From Oikopleura dioica (Eukaryota > Animalia > Chordata): a stretch of 64,000 bases of DNA. This document shows, one piece after another, positions 48,640 through 61,146 of the stretch. The notes below the pieces were generated by a model. The model had not been told where the DNA came from, did not search any database, and saw nothing but the letters and a program-made list of their open reading frames with translations. Every line of letters starts with the position of its first letter. Positions within the stretch are counted from its first letter, which is position 1. The DNA is taken from positions 5,580,001-5,644,000 of the forward strand of contig OU015567.1 of assembly GCA_907165135.1 (NCBI GenBank), read 5' to 3'. The position numbers and the translations under genes are program-made.

Positions 48640-51167
48640 TTATTTCTTTTTGCGCCAAGTGAACTTTTTACAAAGTAAATAGCGGTAAAATAACGGTAAC
48701 ATCGCCTTTTCGGAACGTTCTTGATTGTGGAGACAAAGTAAGAGACGCTTCTTGCAAAGTCCATCATCGTCACGCTCATATCCAGAAGAGCAAGGGCAAT
48801 CGAACGATCCGAGAGTGTTGACGCAGGTTTCGGTGGTAGCAGTGCAAGTATGAGTTCCAGCAGCGCATTCATCGTCATCAACGCAAGTTCCTGTTGCATC
48901 GGCGGAGTACCCAGAAGCACAGGCGCATGTAAATGACCCCGGGACGTCCTCGCAATCCTCAGTGAAATCATTACAGGTATCAGTTCCTTTGGAACACTCA
49001 TCAATGTTGACGCAGTCTCCATCTGCATCGCGTTCATATCCAGAAGAGCAAGGGCAATGGAAAGATCCGAAAGTGTTAACACAGTTTTCAATGGTAGGAG
49101 CGCACGTGTCAGTACCTCGGCCACACTCGTCGATGTCAATGCAGACTCCGGATTCGATCCGTTCATATCCACTTGTGCACAAACACGTGAATGATCCTAT
49201 GTTGTTACTGCAAATCTCCACAGTGAAAACACAGTTATGATTTCCTGCGGCGCATTCGTCGACATCAACACATACTCCGGTGCTGTCTGCAGCGTACCCA
49301 GATGCACAGCTGCACGTGAAAGATCCTTGAGTATCGCTGCAAACTTCTGTCACATCGTTGCATGTATCTGTTTCTCGGGTGCACTCATCGATGTTGACAC
49401 AGTCTCCACTCCCGTTTCGCTCGTATCCATTAGAGCAGAGACAAGCAAAAGAGCCGTCAGTGTTCTTGCATGTTTCAGTTCTGAAAGCACAATTATGAGT
49501 GCCAGCAGCACACTCATCATCATCAAGGCATGTTCCGTTATTGTTTGCAGAGTAGCCGATGACACAGAGACAAATGTAGCCGCTAAAAGTATTTATGCAG
49601 TCTTCAAACGCACTGCATGGGTTTGAAGAGCAATCGCTACTTTTATACAGTCACCGTTATCGTCACGTTGATAGCCGCTGTTGCAGACTGCGAGGCAGGC
49701 GGAGCCAACTCTTTCGGTTCCAACATCACATGGTGGGTAGACTCGGAGAGTAGTACATCTTCGTTCGGAAGCTCGACCGTATGGATCGTAGACAACGGCG
49801 CAATGCGGATGCTCTCCTTGTCTTGCTTGATCAGCTGTTGGCGTCCACGAGCAAGTTGCTTCGCCATCGCTGTCGAAAGCCGTGCAGGTCATTCCATGAG
49901 GAGAACTGAACTGATTGCGAGAAATATCGGTGAAGGTATCATTGCCAAGAGTGTACGAGGCCTTCCATTCAATCGTTATGTTCAGACCGGAAGTCCAAAC
50001 CCACACTCGCTCTTCTCCCTGAGCAGGGGAGTTACCACTGAACGAAGGTCTACCAAGGCAGTGATTTGGCTCTCCTGTAGATCGGACGTGTCGAACTGCC
50101 GGACTGAATTGATCTGGTAAAAGTCGCCTGGGACCATCATCAAAATAATCGTCGTTATTGTCTGTTTCTTCAAGCAAGCCGGCGTAAAGTCGATTATTTT
50201 GGAGGAAATTCTAGATGAATTGAATTCTGGTGTAAAAACAACGCAAACGAAAGCCAACGGAACGGAGTGCCTGAGAATTAATTTTGAGAAGAGCAAGATC
50301 ATTTAAAAACTTACAGAAGCGTTCCATTCGCGTCGAAATCTTCAACTTGAATAGCGACAGGTTTTGATCCTTCTCCAAGCAAATCAAATTCAGGTCGATA
50401 GGTCACAATGCAGTATTCTTCGTCGAGAACAAACTGCTGAAAACCGCTGTTCCAAGCCATATGGCGAGATTCTGACGATGTCGACCATCGACATCTGATA
50501 GTATCTCCTTCAGAATCCACTGGGTTTACGTGATAGGCTTGTCCCTCGCAGCCATCAAGAATGTACCAGATTGGTGGAGAGATGAACTGAGGCGAGCTGT
50601 TGTTGACATCAAGGACTTTCGCTGTGTATGCATAATTGCCAGTGCTTATACTTTCGGTGTCGTTTGACAGCTCAATAGTGCAACAACCGCTAAACATATG
50701 GCTGAAGTAACCAATGTTGCTGACATCAATCTCGAAAGTATAACTTCCGAAGCAAAAATGAGAGTCTAAAAATTACAGTGAGAAAAAATTCAAGACAATA
50801 ACCTAACCCTCGTCGACGAGTGGAGAGTCTTCAATGTTCGTCACAATGTACAAAGCAGGAACTTTTTGCAAGTTACGTGTACCGTTTCCGATATTGTACA
50901 TGAACATGTATTCAATGCCCATGTCAGAAACAGTTTGATTATCAATATGAGCTTGCGTGCATCCGTCGATCCATTCTTCCCTGTAGCCCGCCGATCCTCG
51001 TCTCCAGCCCATGTATCGAGTGACTTCCATTCTTCCGGGATCGCTTGATTTTCGATACTTACAACAACCGTTGAATATGATCTCTTTAAATTTGATTCTA
51101 CCTGGAGACTAGCAGCTCGGAAATGCGAGGCGATGGAAAAACTGAGAAGAAAAAGAACAATTCTCAT
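48640..51167 (-). CDS. Secreted protein (SHFR-type N-terminus, Ig/cadherin-like NSSPQF region) with about 8 EGF repeats, mostly calcium-binding type; apparent 1-nt frameshift near 49630
   Basis: Signal MRIVLFLLSFSIASHFRA; NNSSPQFISPP; repeated D-x-D-E-C...C-x-N-T-x-G-S-F-x-C-x-C. Confidence 0.85.
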
Positions 51168-51739
51168 TTTTGTTTTCAAAGCGACTCAATGACGATTTAC
51201 TGTGAGCATTTGAATTTAAACACAAGTATGGTGCGCAAGAGCAGTGCAAAGTTCAGGCGCACGCTTAGCGCCACCACCACGGAAAATCATCCAGCATCAA
51301 AAACATTTTCACGAGAAAATTTAACGTATGAAAAATTCTGTCGTGATCCCTCAACAAAAAAATTCAGACAAGAATTTTTCAAGTGAATGATTTTGAACGA
51401 CTGCAAATACAAAAGTAACGAAAAATTGTATTTTTTCATTTTTAAATTCGTTTGTTTTTTCTTGCTGAAAATTTGATGAAAAATCAGTTGTTCTTGCCTT
51501 TGTTTCCAATTTTTACGCAGGCCACTATTTTTTTTGAATCGAAAGAGATTTTGAACCTAGCCGCCCTATCTCTTATGTTTATTTCCCCACTGAGACGACT
51601 GAAATCTTCTAAAAGCAGCACGACTTTATCGGTGACATTGAACGGAATATTTTGACAGGACGCGTGGCAGCGGTCAAGTCAAAATCAACATTGGAACATG
51701 GAAGAATGACCTTCTAACAGCTTCTTTACTTTTGGGTTT

Positions 51740-52441
51740 TTATGTTTGGACAGAGAGAAACTCGTCAAGTTTGACAAAATCAAAGAGATGGCCGGTCAGA
51801 GTTTTCAGGGCTTCGAATTTCTCTTTGCTTCGGTCAGCAACACATTCGTCGATAATTGCCGTCGGAAATCCTCTCATGTACGCTAAAGAATTCAATGGAT
51901 CTCAGAGAAAAGGATAGCTTGCCTGAAATGGCCGTGTAATGAACGCAAATCGTGGCCAAAAGTCCGACAATGATGAGTGATTTGATGCCATGTCGCTCTA
52001 GAAATTCACATAAGTGTTCTTTCCTCAAGGAAACGGACCTAAATATGCGGGAAACTGAGGGCAACTGAACCCGTCAAAATCATGCTTGACAAAAATCGGC
52101 TCTCCAGCGGCCGGTGCGGCGAATTCTTCAATGTTTCCTGCAACAATATCGCAGCTCTAGAATTTTATAAAAAAAAACCGATAGAATGAATCGAAACTAA
52201 CCCAATCGTTGCCATTTTTTCGATACCAATTGTCAAGCCACTTGTCTTTTCCTGAAAGCGACTCTTGATTCAGGTGGCAAATTCTGAAGCCCTTTTCTCT
52301 AGCAGCAGACAGAAACCTCCTAATTGAATCTGGAAAATCTGGAAAGCTCTCGGGAATGCCCGGGAATCCGGAGTAAAAGGGAGCTTGAACGTCGACCACG
52401 ACGATGGCTGTTTCTCCCGGTTTGTAAATCTCGGAGTTCAT
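51740..52441 (-). CDS. Isochorismatase-family cysteine hydrolase, copy B
   Basis: AIVVVDVQ (Asp), FVKHDFDGF (Lys), VGLLATICVHYTAISAYMRGF (Cys), IIDECVADRS. Confidence 0.85.
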
Positions 52442-52625
52442 TTTTAGATTTTGTTTGAAAGAGTCAGAATTCGGGAGTCGTTGAAAAAGAAGAGGCGGTA
52501 CATCATTAATTTGGGTGTTTTTAGGTGGGACGTGTCTTTTTGAAGTTTGTTTTATTATGATCTTGTTTGATGGTTGTCAGAATTATGAATTTGCAAGCTT
52601 TGGAAAATCGAGCAAAAAGGAACTT

Positions 52626-53325
52626 CTAAGCGGAGAGAAACTCGTCAAGTTTGACAAAATCAAACAGGTTGGAAGTGATCTTTTTGAAGCCATCGTATCT
52701 TTCTTCGTTGATATCGCCAACACACTCTTCGATTATCGCCGTTGGGTATCCTCTCATGTAGGCTATGAATCAACGATTTGAAAACTTAAGGGTATCTCAC
52801 CAGAAATGGCGGTATATTGGACGCAAATGGTGGCGAGAAGACCAACAACGATTACTGATTTGATTTCATGGCGCTCTGGAAAATTTTGATTAGTGATTTT
52901 TCCTCGAGGCAATAAGGGAACAGACCTAGATATGCCGTGAGCTGAGGGCAAGTAAATCCATCAAAAGCATGTTTCACAAAAAGCGGCTCTCCTGGAACTG
53001 GCGCGGCAAAATCTTCCACATTTCCTGATAAAATTTCGCAGCTCTAGAATTCAGCTGAAAGAAGCTAGAAAGAGAATTGGCTTACCCAATCCCTGCCGTT
53101 CTTTCGATACCAAGTTTCAAGCCACTTGTCTTTTCCGGACAATGATTCTTGATTCACGTGGCAAATTCTGAACCCTTTTTCTCTAGCAGCGGATAGAAAG
53201 CTTCTTATTGAATTTGGAAAGCTTGGATTTGTTTCGGGAATTCCAGGAAAGCCGGAATAAAAAGGAGTTTGAATGTCGACCACGATTATGGCCGTTTCAG
53301 ATGGCTTGTAAATCTCAGAATTCAT
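52626..53325 (-). CDS. Isochorismatase-family cysteine hydrolase, copy A (tandem paralog)
   Basis: MNSEIYKPSETAIIVVDIQ; VGLLATICVQYTAIS; same exon structure as copy B. Confidence 0.85.
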
Positions 53326-53679
53326 CTTTTTTTTCTGATTCTGCGGCTGTTTCTTAGCTCTTGAAGGAATAAAAGGCACCTAAGGGCAGACTCTTTTGAA
53401 AGCTTTTCTGAAATTTGAAGGTGGGAGGTTCCTTTGCTTTGCCCCTTTGTGAATCGAAACAAAGAAGAATCAGGCCACATGTCTATTTTTGAGTTTGATG
53501 GCGAAATTTATTGCTGTTTTCAAGTCTTTTTACAATAAAAATGGCTTGATTTTTTAGGCGAAGGTCTTTTAATGAGTCATAAGGGGGAATTAAGAGCAAT
53601 TTTGATAATTGCTCTTGAATTATCGGCGAAGAGCTTGATACTTAGTATATGAGCGCTTCGCTAAAAGGAGAGAAATTCG

Positions 53680-54775
53680 ATGGCAGGAGTTTGGTTCGGA
53701 GTTTCAGATGCATCTTATGCATGCATTGCCATCGTCCTCGCTGAGCTTTTGGTGATTCTCTGCCTGAGTCTGTATCTTTTCTACCCGACGAAAGACGGGT
53801 CTGGCATTCCTGAAATCGCTGGATGCGATGTCGCCGATCCTGAATTCAAACGCGGTCGAGTTTCCGAGTCGAAATCGCTCTTGAACTCGGACTCATCCAG
53901 CCTCGCCAATTTTCTTCCTGTTCCAAAAAGCGCCAAGATTCAGGCAAAGCCATCCGAACCAACCTATGTCCGTCAAAACTCCCTTCACCCTCTTCCAGAG
54001 CCGATTGTCAACGATTCCTCACCAGTTGATGAACCAATACCATCAAAAAATGAACCGGAGAAGCCAAAAACACCAATTTTTCTCGAACCAAAAGTCGAAG
54101 TCCCCGTCGAAAAATCATCCGGCGTCGATGAAGAGCGAAAAAGACGAAAATCAGTCGACTTTCTGATTTCAGAAAAGACTGGCAGTGAAGATTTGAGCGT
54201 GATAAAAGAGGACATCAAGGAAGAAATCACGCGGGAGGAAACGACTCATCGAGAAGTGACGCCGATTTCACCAACGATGGAAAAAATCAAGACGGAAAGG
54301 GAAATCATCACAACGACAAAGGTCATTAGCTCTTTCAAAATCATCTTTTTTATCATTTCTTAGACGGTGAAGACGTTTTCAAACCTAACCGTTCCAGAAA
54401 CCGAGCAGCCTGATGTCTCCACTGCTTCTACAGCTGAAGTCCGAACAGGTTAATTCATTAACCATTCAACTCCCTCCATCCAAATTCTAGACCCAGCGCA
54501 CGTCGACTCGATGACAAACGAAGCCATGAGCAATATTCAAGAGCCCGGGCTGTCAACAGTTGCTTCTATTTCGATTTCTGACATGACTATCTCCAGGTAC
54601 AGAAATCTCTAGAAAATTCGCTGATTTTTTGAAGCTCTTCGAACATGTCCTCTTCTATCGACATCAGCGCGACCGTGCTCTCAATCGATTCTCCCGAAGA
54701 AACAACTTCCAGCGGGAGTGAATTCGAAAAAGAAGAATTGAAAATTTCTGAAATCAAAAATGAAAAACAATAAAA
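53680..54775 (+). CDS. Single-pass membrane protein with low-complexity cytoplasmic tail, multi-exon
   Basis: TM CIAIVLAELLVILCLSLYLFY; P/E/S/T-rich tail continued over short GT-AG introns. Confidence 0.65.
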
Positions 54776-54789
54776 AAGTCACTTTCTCT

Positions 54790-55600
54790 TTTTCAAACAG
54801 AAATTGAAGAGCTAGAATCAGAACTATTGTTAATGCCCTTGGATGAAATGACGTAGCTTCTTCGGTCAGCAGATTCTTGAATCGGAGTTCTAGCGCCCTC
54901 TGAGGCTCGAGATCGTAGGCTAGCGGAGAACTGGCTTTTTGAGCAATTTTCTTTTTTGCTAAAACATTTCTGAAAAATGGAAAAGCCGTAAATTTCGAAC
55001 CTGTTGATGTTTGGTTGGATAAACAAAGATCGCCCATTGTCTGTTTCTTTCGTTTTCCTCGTCATTCTTAATTTTGTTGAATAAAAATTGATCGGTAGAA
55101 ACTTACGTTCGTTGATAAAATGGATATCCTTCTCGCTCGTAGCATGATTTATTGTGGAATTTGCAGGTCACAGATTCATATCGTCTGTACTTGTTGTCCT
55201 CGAGACTTCTAGCGGGGCGTTCATCCGAGTAAATTGCAGTTATGTAGGCGAGAATGGCAAAGATAAGGGGACAAACAGTCGTAAAGCAGCAAAAAATAAA
55301 CCAGTACTGAAATTATTATTTCGAAAAAGAAGACTTTATTTAACTCAGTTCTTCAAAAAAAAATTCTTGTGAATATTTTATTTTTTTAACAAAAAACCTC
55401 TTTCTCAACATTTTTGCTTACCTCAGGATTTTCTTGACCAAACTTAGCCGTACACTGATGCATTCTCTGTTTATCAAACTCATTTGGGCGCGAGTTCATT
55501 ATTGGTTTTGAAAGTGGCTGTGTTCTAATCCCGATGATGACTTTGAATACGCGAGCTGCTGTTTTGATTATTTTCGGGATTAGAAGCGCGCTTATTTATT
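54790..55600 (-). CDS. Exons of a membrane protein (YWFIFCCFTTVCPLIFAILAYITAIY); may be the 3' end of the LRR gene
   Basis: GTAAG donors at about 55422 and 55107 flank a TM-encoding exon. Confidence 0.35.
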
Positions 55601-55765
55601 TATGCATGCGTGTGCTTTCCCTACCGACATGGCCGCCATTTGGACGATCATAATGCAATAAGCCGCCGCTTTTTGAATTTGATCAATGCTCATTAGACTC
55701 GTCAAGGAAGACGTTTATTCTTTCATTGCTTTATTGGTATTTACAGTCGGTCAACTTCAACTCTT

Positions 55766-56560
55766 TCAGCCTTGGTAACAGGCATCGCCATAAACATTCA
55801 GCAGCGCGAGAAGAACTGAAATCGGCCCTCCGCCATAGCTGTAGCAAAATTTGAAACCAGAGCAGTAAGCTCGCTCGATGAGTTCTGGCAGCTCTCCGTT
55901 TCCAACAAAGGAGACGATTCGGAGATTCGGGTTCGTTCGGAATTGGTCTCGGCAAACGCGCTCCATTGTATTGGCTTCAAAATGGACCTTAAAAAGGGAT
56001 AAAAGAGGTGAGAATTTCGATTTTTTTTATTAGCAATCTGTGTGGAAAACCTGAGTCAGCGTCTTAAAGGTCTTTTCTGAGAAGCCCTGACTCAGGTTTT
56101 CTATACAGGCTGCCAGATCAACCTTGATCATTGCAAATTACCTCGTCAAGAAAGAAGTTATTTCTAAAAAGATATCTTGGCATCTTTTTGATAAAATTTC
56201 GGCTGAAATCAACAAAGAGTAAATTTCGATTTTGCTGAAACAGGTTTTGCGGAAGCTCTGCCAGCTTGTTTCCAGAAAACCAAACAACTTCGAGCTCTGG
56301 GTTTTCAGAAAAGAGCTTTTCGGGAACGCTCGTGACTCGATTGTTGAGAAAGTTTAGAAATTCTAGAGCAGGGTTGGAGGCGAAGAGGTCCTCGACGACT
56401 TCGGTCAAGTAGTTTCCATCGAGGTCGATTCTTTTCAGGTTCGGCATTTGCTGCAGAAAGGCGCGAAGGTAGAGGGATGAGAAGAGAGAGTTGTTCGAAA
56501 GGTCCAAGTACTCAGCTTCTGGCCAGGCGGAGACGGTGTTTGTGTTCGTCAGGCGCTGAA
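55766..56560 (-). CDS. Extracellular-type leucine-rich repeats
   Basis: YLDLSNN, LKRIDLDGNYLT, LEFLNFLNNRVT, LEVVWFSGNKLA, LLFVDFSRNFIK, then across a GT-AG intron VHFEANTM...LRIVSFVGN. Confidence 0.8.
56033..56113. mobile_element. CCTGAGTCAGG-family MITE in the LRR intron
   Basis: gcaatctgtgtggaaaacctgagtcag ... ccctgactcaggttttctatacaggctgcc. Confidence 0.8.
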
Positions 56561-57233
56561 GAGATTTTGAAATTTTGAAAGGCAAATTTGAACAATGACT
56601 TGTTTGATTCATTATCTCCTTCAAAACGGCCAGGACTTTTTGGAAAGAAGAAAGAGATGGAGGATTCTGACTATGAAAATTTCTCGGGCGCCGAATCAGA
56701 AAGTTTATTCTCAGAAGACTCAATTAGCCATCATCTTGAAACTGAAAATGATGATTTGAAGCGACAGCTGGAAAATTTGAGAGAGTTCATCGAGGTCCAA
56801 AACTCTTCATTTTCAGCTGTCAAAGAAGCTATCTAGCGGCATCCGTCATATTTTAACATGATTTCTAGAGTAAATAATTCATAAAAAAGTTCTAGTAAAA
56901 ATTTGCTTTTTAGGCTCTTGGCCATAAAATTCTTCATTCTTATGGATCTCCTGGATCATTTCTTTTCCGCCGATCAGAAACACTTCTTGGCGCTTTTGTG
57001 ATCGCCGTTAAAGCCCAAGAACGAAAAATTGTCAGTTACAGACTAGCAATATCAAAGGAAGAATCAGAAAAACATCAAGGAGTAATTTGGAGCGAAAATT
57101 TAAGCGCTACTTTGAAGAAAATACGAGTTGATTTGAGAAAGGAAGAGTTTTATGGACAACTTTATCCCTTGTGCAAAACGCTGAATATCCTGACATTCAT
57201 TCACCATCAGCTAAGGTTATCGATCATCCTCTT

Positions 57234-57720
57234 TCAAGTCCTTACCAAATTTGAGCAATCATATTTCAACAAGCTTTGTCCAGCCGGAGTCAAATGCGTC
57301 ACACATTTGCAAGGCGTGTTTTCAGGACAACCACAGGGCTCCGTGTTGCATTGTTCTGTGTCAAACTTCGATCCTTCGCAGTCTTCATCTCCAAACTTTA
57401 CGCACGCTCGTTGCCGTGTTTTGATTCCAGAGCCGCATTCAGCAGAGCACTCGCCCCAAGAAGACCATTGAGACCAGCAGGCTTCTTGGTCGGAGCAGCC
57501 GTAGCAGACGCGGGCGACTTTTCTGGTTTGAGGGCAGACATCTGTAGGAAAATCTTTGAGATGATAAAAAAGGGTTTGAGAATCGACAACTTTTTCACCG
57601 AAGATCTGTTTCTTCATCATTTCCTGATGCTGAAAATACAGTTTTCGAGAACAAGTCAATACATTTTCTGAAAGTATTGTCCAGAGCGCCATCAATCTCG
57701 CATCTTCCTCCAAACAACTG
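57234..57720 (-). CDS. TSP1 repeat followed by an LRRNT-like Cys cap
   Basis: WSQWSSWGECSAECGSGIKTRQRAC...CNTEPC, then CPENTPCKC...YDCSN. Confidence 0.75.
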
Positions 57721-58809
57721 CGGTTTCGACTTATCGATAATTTCTGAAAGTTCTCTTTACCTTGTTTTCTCAAGCTTATTCGGTAGTAGGGATAAATGTT
57801 TCGGCAGATTGCCGAAATATTGTAAAGTCATTTTCTGATAAATATTTCGGCAATAGCCGAATCCACTTTATTTTTCACTCTTTTTGCAAAAATATTTCGG
57901 CAAGCTGCCGAAACTTTTCACTTTTAGTTCGTTTCTAGTAAAAAGATTTCGGCAAATTGTAAAACATTGCCGAACATATTTTCGAGACTTGGTTCGAGAA
58001 AGATTAAGAGTCGGAAAGTCAAAAATTGCTTATCAAAATAAATTTGCGCACTCGATTTAGTGCACTAATATTATTCGAAATCATTAAGCGCGAAATTTCC
58101 AGTAATGCTCTTGGCCATAAAATTCTTCATTCTGATGGCTCCCTGGATCATTCATTTTCCGCCGATCAGAAACACTTCGGTCGCTTTTGTGATCGCCGTA
58201 AAAGTCTAAGAACGAAAAATTGTCTTACAGACTAGCTTCGGTAACCCTAAAAAACATCGGGGAGCAATTTGGAGCCTATCCCCGCTCGGGTAATTTATTC
58301 CGTCATTTTGCAGGTGTATCCCTAACGCTAACCTTTATTTTAGCCAATACTAAGATTTTAATTTTTGATATTGAAAATAATATCTTGGGGAGTCAACTGC
58401 GTCACACTTTTGCTTTGCGTGTTTTCTATAATCACAGGCGCGGTAATGCATCCTGCTGAATCGCACTTCAATTTTTCGCAGAATTCAAGAGTTGAAGCAC
58501 GCTAGAAAAACTCTTCTGATTCAGAAGTTCTGAATATCGCAAGAAGAAAAGAACTCTAGATTTTGCTCATGCACACTCATTGGACGTGCATACCAGCGCG
58601 CATCAGGATGAGAGTGAAAAAGCCTGCCGAAACTTTTTGCTCTGAAGGCGGTCAATTTTGATATTTGTTTCGGCTTGTGCCGAAATGTTTTGCCAAAAAA
58701 TGGGTGAAATTTGTATTAATATTTCGGCAGGCTGCCGAAATATTTATCACATTAATGCCTTCCCAAGTGACTTTCATTTCGGTCGCGTTTGCCGAAACTT
58801 TTATCCGTA

Positions 58810-61146
58810 CTACGGCTTATTCCTACCTCTGTCCATGTAAATATCATCAGTGCAAGAGTGGTCATCCCATCTTCCATAAACGGCTCCTTGGACTCTGATT
58901 CGTCCCCCAATCGGGCATTCGATCTTCATCGACAAACTCTTGTTGAGCTCAACTGGCATGGCTTGACAAGCATTAGCTTCTCGACAAGGACAGTGGTCGA
59001 TGCAGATCGGCTTTGTCAAGTCAATGTCCATGTCGATGATGCTCGGCGCGCTGAATCGACTCGTGCTGTATTCTTCCCACTTGCCATTTCGACACTGGAT
59101 CTTGTGATAGCCGTGGAGCCATTTTCCTTCGTTGCATCGGTGGACGCAGCGGGCAGAAATGAAGCCAACGCGATAGGGGTAACATTCAATTGAGCCGTCT
59201 TTCAGGTCGTTTCTAGCTTCGCAATCGCCGAAACGAGGATCTGCAATGGGCTTGGCAACCTGTGTAGGAAACCTGTATAAGAGTCTGATAAATCTTTTAT
59301 GCCTCATTTCAAAATCCTGACTCAGGTTTTGGTCAGGTTTCCGAGCCCAAATCTGAAGCGTCAATTTTCGCAACTGTCGTCGCTTTTGTCGTCGTTGTAG
59401 ATGTCGTCGTAGTCGTCGTTGTCGACGTTGTTGTACTTGAAATCTCAACGCATCTGTATTTTTGCGGAAGATTGGCCCAGACGCACGGGCATCTGCGGCA
59501 GGAGCAAATGCACTGCGGCTGCGGCAGCGTTCCAGGTTCGAGTTGAAAGCCCTCTTTGCACTTGATCGGGCATTTTGACATTGCTCGCAGGCCGTTGTCG
59601 CAATCGACTTCGGCGTCAGGGTGGATTTCGAATGGCTGGCATTTTTTATTTGCCCTTGTGTTTGTCGGGAGCACCCAGCCATTCGTCAATTTTGAGGCGA
59701 TCGGAAAAATGACGGGGATCGGAGTTGGCTAAAGTCGGATTTTCATTCAATTTTCAACTTGATCAATTATTAAAATCAGAATGCATATTATCAAAAAGGT
59801 CGATTTGGTTATAAAAGGGAGCAGACTGCCCTTTTTGCGGCAGCTTTTTTTTTTAATAATGAAGAACTTAGCTGGTTAAAAAAAGTAATACGACCAGCAC
59901 ACCGCAAGTTTAAATTATACATTTCGTGTTCTGAAGAGAGCTCGAAATAAGACGTTCAAAAAACGAAAAAATGGAGAAGACAGAAATTTCGGAATTTCAT
60001 CCTCTTTCAGAGATCTTTTTACTTCCAATAGGTAACCAAAAAATGGAATCAGATCTCCCTTTGTTCAATTTTCGTTCGATAAATATCAATTAATTAAAAT
60101 TAAGCGCTTATCATTTTGCTGATATCCTGCTGCTTGATGAGCTACTGGAGCGAGCGATCTTCCTCTTGGAAATATAATTACACAAAAAACTCTTATCTGA
60201 TCTCGTTTGTCTGAAAATACAATTCTTGGGAGATTTAGTTGATTGAATTTGAATCGCGTTTGTAATTCCAGGAAGCCGTTCGTTCATGAAAGAAGTTGAC
60301 GTTGACTGAGTTGGTTCGAGAGTCGGTTTTGTTGTTGACGGTGGGCTCGTTGTTGTTGTCGCTGTTGTGGTTGTGGTTGTTGTTGTTTGGGGAGTTGTTG
60401 AACTTGGGAGGGAAAACTGCCACTTTCCAACATTGTCGGGTTTGATTGCTTCGGGATTAAATGATTGCATTTCAGTGCTGTAAATAAGGGTGTTACGTCG
60501 ATAAATTCAAAAAGAGAATTGTGATCTGGAAACATGATTTGAAATCATTGATTTCGCTCTCTTCTATTGTCTCATACTCTTATTGAAAAAACTTACTTGA
60601 ACAAAAGCGGCTTTTTCGACTGTTTCTTTGATTTCTTCGCCTTTTTCGACTTCTTCTTGTTCTTTTTGCCCTTTTTCTTCTTTTTCGACGGAAGAGAATT
60701 GATCGCGTCGATGATGCTCTTCCCCTCCCGAACTTCTTCCCTCTTCCAAGCTCCATTCCTTCTAGAATTTCGCTGGCCGAGAGTTCCTCCATTTCGTTTT
60801 CTCCCAAAATCTCTTCGAAAATCGGCAAATACGGGCATTTCTGGCAGTCGTCTGAGAGCGGGCCCAGTTTGCAGAGTTTCTGGCACTTGTCGATCCCGAC
60901 TTCGAAGAGGGTGCAGAGCTCTGCAGCGCATCCAGCATGGCGGCAAGTTTGAGTAAAGTCGACTCCAGCGCATTCTTTTCGGACGTCCATTCCGATGAAC
61001 GGTTTCTCGCAAGTGCTAATGATCCCCCGACAAGAAGGACTAGCGATTTCCATGAATTCTCTGTATTTCGACTGTACATTCTCTCCATTCACAAAAACAA
61101 ATAAGCTCAATAAACTTTTAAAACGCATGTTCCGACTGTCTTTCAA
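58810..61146 (-). CDS. Secreted mosaic protein: Cys-rich N-terminus, Lys-rich and Thr-rich linkers, two sushi-like domains, SUEL/Gal-lectin start; apparent frameshift near 60735 and MITE at 59247-59349
   Basis: Signal MRFKSLLSLFVFVNG; CPIKCKEGF, CVHRCNEG...IQCRNGKW; IECPIGGRIRVQGAVYGRWDDHSC. Confidence 0.7.
59247..59349. mobile_element. CCTGAGTCAGG-family MITE between in-frame coding segments
   Basis: tgggcttggcaacctgtgtaggaaacctg ... cctgactcaggttttggtcaggtttccgagccca. Confidence 0.8.

Noticed and set aside
49600-60760. Programmed frameshifting at about 49630 (EGF gene) and about 60735 (mosaic gene)
   Set aside because: Both are single-base shifts in A or G homopolymers; assembly error or null alleles are simpler explanations
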